Source: Minisyncoccota bacterium (GTDB taxonomy: Bacteria > Patescibacteriota > Minisyncoccia > Phycocordibacterales > UBA2100). Taken from it: DNA of 64,000 nucleotides. The stretch lies in contig DASSSZ010000003.1 in NCBI GenBank assembly GCA_035708165.1, positions 23,954 to 87,953 of the forward strand, in the 5' to 3' direction. Below the pieces are notes generated by a model, which saw only the letters and a program-made list of their open reading frames with translations, searched no databases and was not told where the DNA came from. Both the position numbers and the translations under genes were made by a program. Positions 56,269-64,000 of this stretch are shown one piece after another (position 1 is the stretch's first letter; each line of letters opens with the position of its first letter).

Positions 56269-56300
56269 GTGCCCGGGTCTGTCCGATCAAAAGTACTGAC

Positions 56301-56486
56301 TGCGGAGAGGGAGGATCCGTCCTGACGGTCACTAAGCTCGCTGCGCTCGCTAAGTGCCGCGGGACACGGCTCGCCGGCAAGCAGCCTCCCTACAGTCGGC
56401 TCTTGTATACCGGCTCCGCCGTTCGAATCCCTCCCTCTCTCGCAACATGCAACAAACCCGAAGCTTCGCTTCGAGTTTGGCAGTTG
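56301..56486 (-). ncRNA. tRNA-Ser 3'-linked structured element (anti-tRNA, core, tRNA 3' copy)
   Basis: Inverted copy of the tRNA 3' end at 56421-56446; direct copy at 56301-56314. Confidence 0.6.
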
Positions 56487-56573
56487 CGGAGAGGGAGGGA
56501 TTCGAACCCTCGAGACCGTTACCAGCCTGCCGCATTTCGAGTGCGGTGCCTTCGACCACTCAGCCACCTCTCC
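56487..56573 (-). tRNA. tRNA-Ser(CGA)
   Basis: GGAGAGG acceptor, CCGCA-CT-CGA-AA-TGCGG, long variable arm, GGTTCGAATCC. Confidence 0.94.
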
Positions 56574-56672
56574 GTGGTATGTCGCCATCGGGGTCGAATC
56601 CGACGTGCCTCGTACGATACCATATTTATAAAAGTTTATAAAAGCCAGAAAATACGCTACTATTCGCACGGC

Positions 56673-56744
56673 GGCCCTATCGTCTAATGGTTAGGACAGC
56701 GCCCTTTCACGGCGTAAATCCGGGTTCGATTCCCGGTAGGGTCA
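56673..56744 (+). tRNA. tRNA-Glu(TTC)
   Basis: GGCCCTA acceptor, GCGCC-CT-TTC-AC-GGCGT, GGTTCGATTCC. Confidence 0.94.
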
Positions 56745-58129
56745 CAAGAAGCAACAAAACGGCTTTGCAGAGCTGCAAATCCTTTTTTGCACTTATAATC
56801 CAACGTATTTTCTGTCAGGGTGAGTTCGGAAAAAATCACACGAAGTATTTTGTCTTTCTCATGCGGTTCGGCCTCTGAGTAAACAACTGCGGCGTTTTTT
56901 AACAGTTCGGAAAGCAAAATTACATCTTTGATGGTTTCGCGCATCGCCACGTCCGAGGCGTTTTCATTATCTTTGAGTTGATTGAGTTCGTTTGTGAGCC
57001 GAGCTTCTTCTGCGACGTATCCTTCGGGTGTGTACACGCCAGTTTTCAGAAGCACGAGACGATTGCCGTTGAGATACGCCAGCTCCTCGCGGATTTGCTT
57101 CTTCTTGCGCTCGGCCGCATCGAGCTGACTCATACGCTTTGCCTCCAACAATGCAATGTCGGTATTCGCCCGCGCGTCAATTTCCGCAAGCTCCTCCTCG
57201 GTAAACGAAAGCTTGGTAATCAATTCCTCGGTCTTCGCTGTCAGGTAGTCGAAGTTGAAGCTCTTGAGCGAGTTGGTGCACTCGCGGGAGCAACGAGCGC
57301 CGTAGTACAAAATCCCTTTCTTTACATATGGAGTGTAGACGCGACCACAAACGGCACAGAAAGCGAATCCTCGCAGCGGATGCTCTAGCACCTCGATGTA
57401 GTGAACACTCTTGTTGCGCTTCGCAAGCCGCTCCTGCACACGATTGAAAAGCTCCTCGGGAATAATTGCCTCGTGGCTGGTGCTCGGTATCCACTCACGA
57501 TTCTCATCGAGTACCTTGCCTGTGTAATAGCGGTTCGTCAGGATTTTGTGGATGGTGTTGTACGTCGGTAGGCGGCTTATCGCTTCAATATCAACTCGTA
57601 CATCGTCTTCCTCCTCAAGCAACATCTCCTCTTTTGTTCGACGACGGCGCATCGGTGGCATAGTAAATCCCTGCTCGATAGCCCATCGCGCAAGGTCGTG
57701 CAGGCTCCATTCGCCAGTATCGGCAAGCTTCGCAAGCTGCAAAATAATAGAAGCGCGAACAGGGTCTTTAGGCTTCCAGTCCATATTGCCCTCGTTGAGG
57801 TAGCCAACAGGCGCTTTGTTAGTGGAGAGTCCGCGCGAACGGGCGTTTTGAATGGTAAGGGTGACTTTCTCGCGGGTCACGCGAGAGTGGTGCTCCGAGA
57901 ACATACCGTCTATGTCCATATGCAGTTCGCCAGAGCTGGTCTTGTCGTACTGTGCGAACGCGAAGCGGATATCCGCTCCCGACTTCATTAGTTTACGCAG
58001 AATAGTATCGTCGCCCTTGTTGCGGCTCGCTCTATCCCAGCAGAGAAATATCGCGCCCCTGAAGTAGCCCTTGCTTACAAACTCCGCGAGGCGATAAAAC
58101 TTTGGGCGCTCGACTCGGTACTGCACCAT
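56684..58129 (-). CDS. Large serine recombinase, apparently 5'-truncated; 3' end runs antisense through tRNA-Glu
   Basis: RPKF, WDRASRN, APVGY, ILTNRYYTG, HEAII, CAVCG...YYGARC zinc ribbon, coiled coil. Confidence 0.88.
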   Translation of the reverse strand: MVQYRVERPKFYRLAEFVSKGYFRGAIFLCWDRASRNKGDDTILRKLMKSGADIRFAFAQYDKTSSGELHMDIDGMFSEHHSRVTREKVTLTIQNARSRGLSTNKAPVGYLNEGNMDWKPKDPVRASIILQLAKLADTGEWSLHDLARWAIEQGFTMPPMRRRRTKEEMLLEEEDDVRVDIEAISRLPTYNTIHKILTNRYYTGKVLDENREWIPSTSHEAIIPEELFNRVQERLAKRNKSVHYIEVLEHPLRGFAFCAVCGRVYTPYVKKGILYYGARCSRECTNSLKSFNFDYLTAKTEELITKLSFTEEELAEIDARANTDIALLEAKRMSQLDAAERKKKQIREELAYLNGNRLVLLKTGVYTPEGYVAEEARLTNELNQLKDNENASDVAMRETIKDVILLSELLKNAAVVYSEAEPHEKDKILRVIFSELTLTENTLDYKCKKGFAALQSRFVASCDPTGNRTRIYAVKGRCPNH

Positions 58130-58197
58130 ACCTTCCTCGAAAGTGAGGGCAGTATCGGGTTATTTCAATTGTCCGCTCGGGGCTGTAAAGTTGAGCG

Positions 58198-59121
58198 ATG
58201 GCACGCCCGCTCGGTAGCATTTCCACAAACATCGAACCAAAGAGACTCAAGCGGCTTCTGGCTCTTGAAAAAGAAAGGCGCGGTGTAGCAGAGGATAAGC
58301 TAGTATTCGTGGGCATAGCGAATCTCGCCAGCTATTACTGGTGCGCCATGCACTCGGTTCTAAAAAGTAGAGCGGATGAGGCGATGTTTTTCGGCGCGTA
58401 TCTCGCAGACCGCATCCGCTACAGCAAGGAGCTTGGCCTGATTCGGTCGCTGCCAAGGACGGACGCGGAGCTGCTACGTGTCGGCGAAGAAATAACTTTC
58501 GAGGATGTTGAGAAGTTGCTCGCAAAAAGGCCTGTCGCGTCTAGCGACGTCAGTCTGGACGCGTACAGTTTCGGTGACAGCAACGGAGGGATGCAGATGG
58601 TGATAAATCCGAACGTCTCTGCCGAACGCAGAAAGTCGCTGGAGAGCGATGCGCGACGCAATAAATTGAAGATTACCGACCTGGAGAAAGTGCCCATCGT
58701 CCGCGGCAACATGATGCACTGGAATAATCCCGAGAAGTACCGCTCTATACGCTGGAACTTCCAAGCAGGTGTGTATGTCATCGTCGGCGTACCTGATGGC
58801 ATAACGGACGATAGCGTATATGAGTACAAAACAACCAAAAGCGACTTCCTCGCGGGATTCGTGAAGCCAGTCGCTTTCGCACAAGCAGACCTGTACGGGC
58901 ACTTCTTCAGACGGTCAAAAAAACGTGTGCAGATACAGGTCATCGAAACGAGCAAAACCCAAACGTGGGAAGAACCGATAGACGAGACGCGGGTAGGAAC
59001 GTTGGTACACGACTTTGCACAGGTGGATGCAGGAAAGCTTTTCCCGCACCCTCCGAAAAGCTGGAAATGCGCCAGGTGCGAGATATGCGGCTTCGGAAAA
59101 CTCTGTCAAAAACAACAATGA
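58198..59121 (+). CDS. Cas4/Exo5-like PD-(D/E)xK nuclease with Cys cluster
   Basis: LASYYWC, GVPDG, YEYKTT, QADLYG, CARCEICGFGKLC. Confidence 0.78.
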   Translation: MARPLGSISTNIEPKRLKRLLALEKERRGVAEDKLVFVGIANLASYYWCAMHSVLKSRADEAMFFGAYLADRIRYSKELGLIRSLPRTDAELLRVGEEITFEDVEKLLAKRPVASSDVSLDAYSFGDSNGGMQMVINPNVSAERRKSLESDARRNKLKITDLEKVPIVRGNMMHWNNPEKYRSIRWNFQAGVYVIVGVPDGITDDSVYEYKTTKSDFLAGFVKPVAFAQADLYGHFFRRSKKRVQIQVIETSKTQTWEEPIDETRVGTLVHDFAQVDAGKLFPHPPKSWKCARCEICGFGKLCQKQQ

Positions 59122-59732
59122 GCAAGATAAAATCCCATCTCACCATCGGCAACAAGTTCCTCGGCTCGCTTCTGTACTTCAAGGATGCGAATGGGCGGGG
59201 TCATCTCAAACTGTCGTTCAAAAACAAAATTGCGGGCTTCAACAAGGGCACGGACGTGCCGACCACGTTGCCTGTGCCCGTACAGTCGCCCGACCCCGTA
59301 AGCTTGGATGTTTCCTACAAGTTTCCCGATAGCTTGCTGGAGGTGAAGAAAGTTGCGGGCGGCAAAACCGAGCGCGAGTTCTATAACGTGCCACTACCTG
59401 TCTCCAATCTTTTATTTATGATTCGCATCAAGGACTGGCATCTCCTCGACGATGACCAACCTGCGCCAAATCCGCTGGTGCTCGCGCCTCCCGATGGGAG
59501 CAAGAGCGTCGCGGTCATCTTTTCGTTTCTCGGTGCAAATGGGCTGCCATTCGTACCTACTGGATACGTCTGCCCGCAAGGGATGGGTACGATATCTGTC
59601 CCCGAAAGTCCGCTCAATACTTTTTGCATCGGCATTGCGGCTGACCCCTCGAACCAGAGCGCCAACGGCTTCCAAGTGCAAATCCCGTTTCCTAAAGCAG
59701 AACAAGACGGGTTTTTAGGTTTGAAGCAATAA
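59118..59732 (+). CDS. Hypothetical beta-rich protein
   Basis: ATGA overlap with the nuclease stop; 204 aa. Confidence 0.7.
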   Translation: MSKIKSHLTIGNKFLGSLLYFKDANGRGHLKLSFKNKIAGFNKGTDVPTTLPVPVQSPDPVSLDVSYKFPDSLLEVKKVAGGKTEREFYNVPLPVSNLLFMIRIKDWHLLDDDQPAPNPLVLAPPDGSKSVAVIFSFLGANGLPFVPTGYVCPQGMGTISVPESPLNTFCIGIAADPSNQSANGFQVQIPFPKAEQDGFLGLKQ

Positions 59733-59750
59733 AGAATCTATAATAATTAT

Positions 59751-60209
59751 ATGGACGCATTTTTCATATTCTCGGCTCAATACTTCTTTGTCTTGTCATT
59801 GATTATTCTCGGTGCGTACTTCCTCACGCGAAAATGGCCTGCACAAAAACGGATGACGTTTTTTGCAGTGCCCGCAGGCCTGCTCGCCTATGTGCTCGGG
59901 CTGCTCGGCAATTACCTCTACTATGACCCGCGTCCCTTTGTTGCAGGACACTTCATGCCGCTCATCGCACACGCGGCCGATAACGGGTTCCCCTCCGACC
60001 ATACCTTGCTCGTTTCAACGCTCGCTGCGGTGGGCATGTACTGGAACAAATGGCTTGGAGTAATACTTTGGATTATTGCTGTTCTCGTCGCGTTTTCCCG
60101 CATATATGTCGGCCTGCATCATCCGATTGATGTCCTCGGAAGCATGGCGATTGCCCTAGTCGCGGTTTCTGCATGGCGTATAGCAATGAACTATGTTTGG
60201 AAAGCATAA
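59751..60209 (+). CDS. PAP2 phosphatase (undecaprenyl-diphosphatase BcrC-like)
   Basis: PRPF, FPSDH, SRIYVGLHHPID. Confidence 0.9.
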   Translation: MDAFFIFSAQYFFVLSLIILGAYFLTRKWPAQKRMTFFAVPAGLLAYVLGLLGNYLYYDPRPFVAGHFMPLIAHAADNGFPSDHTLLVSTLAAVGMYWNKWLGVILWIIAVLVAFSRIYVGLHHPIDVLGSMAIALVAVSAWRIAMNYVWKA

Positions 60210-60864
60210 GTTTTTGAAGATTGCTTCCCTCGTTGCCGTCCTTCTTGCTTTGGGTGTAATCACTTTTTTTATACTGCTTCGGCCAGGCCCGCTTTTCTCT
60301 ACACTTCCTGCTACCACAACCGCCTCTTTCGGGCATACTGGCGACCCTATCAACATCGCCGTCGTGGGAGACAAGGGTACCATCGTGTCCGCGTTTCTCG
60401 CCGCCCATTGGCTCGTACCAGACCCGATTACTGCCTCAAGCACCGTGCGGATTGCAGAAACGAGCATCGCCAATTCCGCATACCCAACCGCTCCAGTAAG
60501 CAGCCTGTATCTATTCGGTAGAGCGCAGGATTTGGCATTTGAACTGCCCACCGACTCTGTACGACAGCGACACCACGTGCGGCTATGGCAAACTACAATA
60601 ACAATCTCTGGTAAGCCACTCTGGGTAGGTTCGGCAACGTACGATTCGGACATTGAGTTGAGCGGAACAACCGCCTTGCCGACACATCATATTTCTCCGA
60701 ACGTAGACAGTGAGCGCGACTTTGTGGCGCAATCATTTATGGACGCTGGACTCATGCAGAGCGAGACATCCAACCGCATCAGTTATCCGACGCTCTGGGG
60801 ATTCAATGGCGGCGGCGATTGGTATTTTGATGATGGACTCGTGCGTATGCTCGTATTGCGATAA
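60193..60864 (+). CDS. LssY C-terminal domain protein
   Basis: GDPINI, APVSSLYLFGRAQDLAFE, RHHVRLW, WVGSATYD, THHISPNVDSERD. Confidence 0.85.
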   Translation: MFGKHKFLKIASLVAVLLALGVITFFILLRPGPLFSTLPATTTASFGHTGDPINIAVVGDKGTIVSAFLAAHWLVPDPITASSTVRIAETSIANSAYPTAPVSSLYLFGRAQDLAFELPTDSVRQRHHVRLWQTTITISGKPLWVGSATYDSDIELSGTTALPTHHISPNVDSERDFVAQSFMDAGLMQSETSNRISYPTLWGFNGGGDWYFDDGLVRMLVLR

Positions 60865-60873
60865 TGTGAAGTT

Positions 60874-61377
60874 ATGACCCTTGCGTCTCTCAAAAACTAC
60901 CTGCTTGAAGAAAAACACATGCACCTGTTCTTCGTGGTGAGTCTCTGGGCGAAGGGTCTATTCGCCCTGTCGGAAATAATCGGAGGCATCGCCGCGTTCT
61001 TCATAACCAAGCAGTTCCTCGTAGACATCGCACTATGGATTACCAAGCACGAGTTCGCTGAAGACCCGCACGATGTTATTGCCAACTATTTCCTACATTC
61101 GGTACAGAATCTATCAATCGGTGCACAGGACTTTGCGGCCATATATCTGCTTGGGCACGGCGTCATCAAGCTCTGGCTCATCATTGGACTTCTGCGGGAG
61201 CGGCTCTGGTACTATCCAACAGCCCTCGTCGTATTCGGACTTTTCATTGTCTACCAGCTTTACCGATATACATTCACTCACTCTATCTGGCTTTTGCTCA
61301 TCACGGTCATAGACCTCATTGTCATCGGCCTCACCTGGCACGAGTGGGGATACTTACGAAAGCACAGAATCCAATAG
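60874..61377 (+). CDS. DUF2127 membrane protein
   Basis: KGLFALSEIIGG, EDPHD, YLLGHGVIKL, YQLYRY. Confidence 0.85.
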   Translation: MTLASLKNYLLEEKHMHLFFVVSLWAKGLFALSEIIGGIAAFFITKQFLVDIALWITKHEFAEDPHDVIANYFLHSVQNLSIGAQDFAAIYLLGHGVIKLWLIIGLLRERLWYYPTALVVFGLFIVYQLYRYTFTHSIWLLLITVIDLIVIGLTWHEWGYLRKHRIQ

Positions 61378-61470
61378 CTAGACGACCACCAGCTCTCGCA
61401 ACTCTTGGATGCTCAAGCCGATGGCGGCTCGGTATTGTCCGAGTTCGGAAAGCCACGTAAACTGGTCACA
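61378..61470 (-). other. Displaced C-terminal segment of the island recombinase (attP side)
   Basis: TGT GAC CAG... reads CDQFTWLSELGQYRAAIGLSIQELRELVVV*, in frame with the att core. Confidence 0.6.
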
Positions 61471-61500
61471 AACGGCTCGCTGTGCGTCCGCGCTGGGCAG

Positions 61501-62103
61501 CTAGGCCCCGACCGTTCCAGTCTGCACGCCGCCTGCACGCGTGTAGCTTGCGAAATAGACGCCGTTGGCAGCGACGTGATGCTCGCCGAGCGTGAAGGCT
61601 GCGGGGAGCGTGCCTTCCGCGAAAAGTCGCTTGCCGGTGCCGAGCGTGATCGGGAAGGTCATGAGCCTCAGCTCGTCCACCCAATCATGCTTGAAGAGCG
61701 TCTGCGCCAGATTGCCGCTGCCGATGCTGATGAGGTCGCCGCCATCGGATTCCTTCAGCTTCCGGATGTCGTCATCGCCTTTCAGGAACACCGAATGCTG
61801 CCAGTCAGATTCGGCAAGGGTCGTGCTCGCGCAGTATTTCGTGACGTCATTGATGCTCGGCTACGGATCCGCATGGCTCGACCAGAAAGCCGCGAAGATC
61901 TCGAACGTCTTCCTGCCGAGGAGGATGTCCGCAGGCTGCATCCACTTCTGCATCAGCGCATCGGCTTCCCGATCAGCGTCCGCGAAATACGGCGCGGTCC
62001 ATCTGCCGTATGCAAAGCCGCTCGATGCGTCTTCGTCCGGTCTGCCCGGCGCCTGCACGACGCCGTCGAGGGTGATGAACTCCTGGACGATCAGCCTTCT
62101 CAT
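61501..62103 (-). pseudogene. Dihydrofolate reductase/RibD-C family gene with internal TAG
   Basis: ITLDGVVQAPG, LLGRKTFE, then in-frame TAG at 61861-61863, continuing to GSGNLAQTL, DELRL, LGTGKRLF. Confidence 0.85.
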
Positions 62104-62183
62104 GACTAATCGTGCTCCCGGTGGCGGCGGTGTCTAGCCCGATCAGGTGCTATCGAGGGCTCGTCCGCGCTTCGATGATCGGA

Positions 62184-62483
62184 TCATGAACGCTTGCGCG
62201 CAAGGATCCCGCGCACGGAGCGGCTGATCGGCTTATCGGTGCGATGAATGCAGCCGATCCAGCAGCATGGCCGGCGCATGCCATCCTTGAGCTCGGAGAC
62301 GACGCGCCGCACATGATCCTTCCTGGTCTCGGCTTTCTTCACTGAGATCGTCCAGCAGATCCACTCATTGCGGGAAAGCGGCGTGAGGTCGTTCCAGAGG
62401 TCGCGCGCCGCGGCGTCCTTCATGAGCGCCGCGCGGAGGTCGGCGGGAATCGCATGCACGACACCGCTTCCGAGTGCTGCCAT
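62184..62483 (-). CDS. YdeI/OmpD-associated family protein
   Basis: PADLRAAL, LTPLSRNEWICW, AETR, RRPCCWIGC. Confidence 0.85.
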   Translation of the reverse strand: MAALGSGVVHAIPADLRAALMKDAAARDLWNDLTPLSRNEWICWTISVKKAETRKDHVRRVVSELKDGMRRPCCWIGCIHRTDKPISRSVRGILARKRS

Positions 62484-62487
62484 GGCA

Positions 62488-62961
62488 TTACGCCGCGAGG
62501 TGCGCGGCGAGCTTATCGAACTGCTGGTTGAAGCCGTACTGCATGCCTTCGATCGCAGCGCCGGCCTTCGGGCCGATCGAGGTGACCGTGATGACGAGCG
62601 TCATCTTCGTCATGCCGCCTTCCTCGGCGAGCGTGAGGAGGGCTTCCTGCTCGATCATGGTCGCATCCTCATCGCCTTCGGTCCATGCCTTCGATGAATA
62701 GCCGAGCTTCTCGTTCGGCTCGATCGCCGTGTAGGTGGCGTCCATAGGCCAGCGCGTGCCGGCATACGGGCCCATCGCTTCGGTCGCTTCCATCACGATG
62801 TAGAAGCGGCCGCCGACGCGCAGATCCACCTCGCACTCGGGAATGCGGACATTATCCGGTCCCCACCAGCGCGCAAGCTCGCCAGGATCGGTCCATGCCT
62901 GCCAGATGCGCTCTGCGGGCGCTTCGTACGTGCGCTCGAATGTGACTTCTTTCGGTTCCAT
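62488..62961 (-). CDS. SRPBCC/AHSA1 domain protein
   Basis: FERTYEAPAERIWQAWTDP, WWGP, DLRVGG. Confidence 0.92.
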   Translation of the reverse strand: MEPKEVTFERTYEAPAERIWQAWTDPGELARWWGPDNVRIPECEVDLRVGGRFYIVMEATEAMGPYAGTRWPMDATYTAIEPNEKLGYSSKAWTEGDEDATMIEQEALLTLAEEGGMTKMTLVITVTSIGPKAGAAIEGMQYGFNQQFDKLAAHLAA

Positions 62962-62992
62962 ACCCTTATGTTCCGTTAGTAGCCGTACCTGC

Positions 62993-63307
62993 TCATAACC
63001 GGACCTCGAGGCGATCGAGCCTGCGCTCCCACGCCCTGCGGCAGCTCGCGAGATACGTGTCCGCATCGGCGAGCGCCTCGGGGACGAGCGACACGAGCTG
63101 CTCCTTGCCATGCCTGGTCTTCGCGACCAGGCCCGCGCGGGCGAGTACCGAAACGTGCTTCGCTACATCCGCATACGAGAGCGGATAGGGAAGCGCGATC
63201 GCGCGGATGCTCAGGTCCTCGCGCCGCAGGCGCCGGATGATATCGCGGCGCGTCTCGTCGGCGAGCGAGCGGAAGACCGTATCCAGGTCCTGCATACATT
63301 CTACCAT
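62993..63307 (-). CDS. ArsR/SmtB family regulator
   Basis: FRSLADETRRDI, VAKHVSVLARAGLV, WERRLDRL. Confidence 0.9.
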   Translation of the reverse strand: MVECMQDLDTVFRSLADETRRDIIRRLRREDLSIRAIALPYPLSYADVAKHVSVLARAGLVAKTRHGKEQLVSLVPEALADADTYLASCRRAWERRLDRLEVRL

Positions 63308-63318
63308 ATAGTTGAATG
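63297..63318. promoter_or_regulatory. Putative ArsR autoregulatory operator
   Basis: Near-palindrome CATTCTACCATATAGTTGAATG overlapping the start codon. Confidence 0.6.
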
Positions 63319-63371
63319 ATATCCGATACCGCATGCATGCGCAAGCGATGCGGACGAGGTATGCTTGATGC

Positions 63372-63725
63372 ATGAGCACGCGCCTGGCAACGCTCGTGGC
63401 AGCCGTCCTCGGGATCGGGACCGGATTCCTCACGATCCATTCGCCCTTGGCGGCCCGTTGGGAGAGCATCTTCGTGTGGGGCGCGATCGGGCTCGTATAC
63501 GGTGCCTTGATCGCGCCTCTCGCGAAGCCTATATGGCCAGGCGCCGCATACGGCTTCTTCATGTCCATGGCATTCTTCATCGCCGGGTTCGCAGGAGCAC
63601 CGGATCGGTTCTTGGCATTCCTGCTGATCGCGCTCGCGTTCAGCATCGCGGGCGCGATCGGAGGGATCGTCGTCGTATGGCTCGGCAGCTGGCTGCGGCG
63701 GAAGCTCGCGAGGCCGAGTGCCTGA
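63372..63725 (+). CDS. 4-TM membrane protein, unknown
   Basis: Four hydrophobic segments. Confidence 0.7.
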   Translation: MSTRLATLVAAVLGIGTGFLTIHSPLAARWESIFVWGAIGLVYGALIAPLAKPIWPGAAYGFFMSMAFFIAGFAGAPDRFLAFLLIALAFSIAGAIGGIVVVWLGSWLRRKLARPSA

Positions 63726-63768
63726 CCCTTCATGGTACCTTCTATACGCTAAGCGATACTTTGATCAT

Positions 63769-64000
63769 ATGAATACGTACTTCGTAGTCTTCTGCATCCC
63801 GGCGGACCTGATGGCGGATTGGGTGGAACATACGCCTGAGGATGAGCGCGCTGCGCAGAGCGATCAGATGATGCAGGCATGGGCTGCGTGGCGGGATGCG
63901 CACGCTGCCATGATCAAGGATGACGGGCAGCCCTTGGGAAAGACCAAGCGCGTGACGGCGAACGGGATCGAGGATGCGCGCAACGACCTCAATTACTACC
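63769..64000 (+). CDS. YciI/DGPF-like protein (partial, runs off the window)
   Basis: MMQAWAAW...GQPLGKTKRV...RNDL. Confidence 0.7.
   Translation, partial: MNTYFVVFCIPADLMADWVEHTPEDERAAQSDQMMQAWAAWRDAHAAMIKDDGQPLGKTKRVTANGIEDARNDLNYY

Larger units (their letters stand above)
56740..61471. mobile_element. Integrated island at tRNA-Glu (serine recombinase type)
   Basis: GGTCACAA direct repeat at 56740-56747 and 61464-61471, lower GC between them, recombinase at the left end. Confidence 0.8.

Noticed and set aside
58198-59121. CRISPR-Cas locus suggested by the Cas4-like gene
   Set aside because: No repeat-spacer array, cas1 or cas2 seen anywhere in the window.
61861-61863. Stop-codon reassignment or pyrrolysine readthrough
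   Set aside because: TAG and TGA both terminate many intact genes in this window, and no suppressor tRNA is seen.

Overview
A GC-rich bacterial chromosome segment (roughly two-thirds G+C by eye, standard genetic code). Its gene repertoire and architecture suggest a Patescibacteria/CPR (Parcubacteria-like) organism; this assignment is inference. Housekeeping and stress genes include groES/groEL, lepA, valS, tsaD, rnj, secG, murJ, rarA, class II ribonucleotide reductase, four DNA glycosylases, lemA/htpX and a P-type H+-ATPase. The window also carries RNase P RNA and six tRNAs. Three features stand out. (1) tRNA-Gly and tRNA-Ser are each followed by a ~180 nt non-coding module with the same design: hairpin, antisense copy of that tRNA's own 3' end, a shared two-helix core, then a second sense copy of the tRNA 3' end. 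This is a candidate undescribed tRNA-tailored structured RNA or mini mobile element. (2) A 4.7 kb lower-GC island sits at tRNA-Glu with its att core (GGTCACAA) inside the large serine recombinase ORF, so integration swaps the recombinase C-terminus; it carries a solo Cas4-like nuclease coupled to an unknown gene. (3) Most conserved genes have a -10 box just upstream of the ATG (leaderless-like), whereas orphan genes use Shine-Dalgarno starts. All product calls come from motif recognition by eye; no database searches were run.
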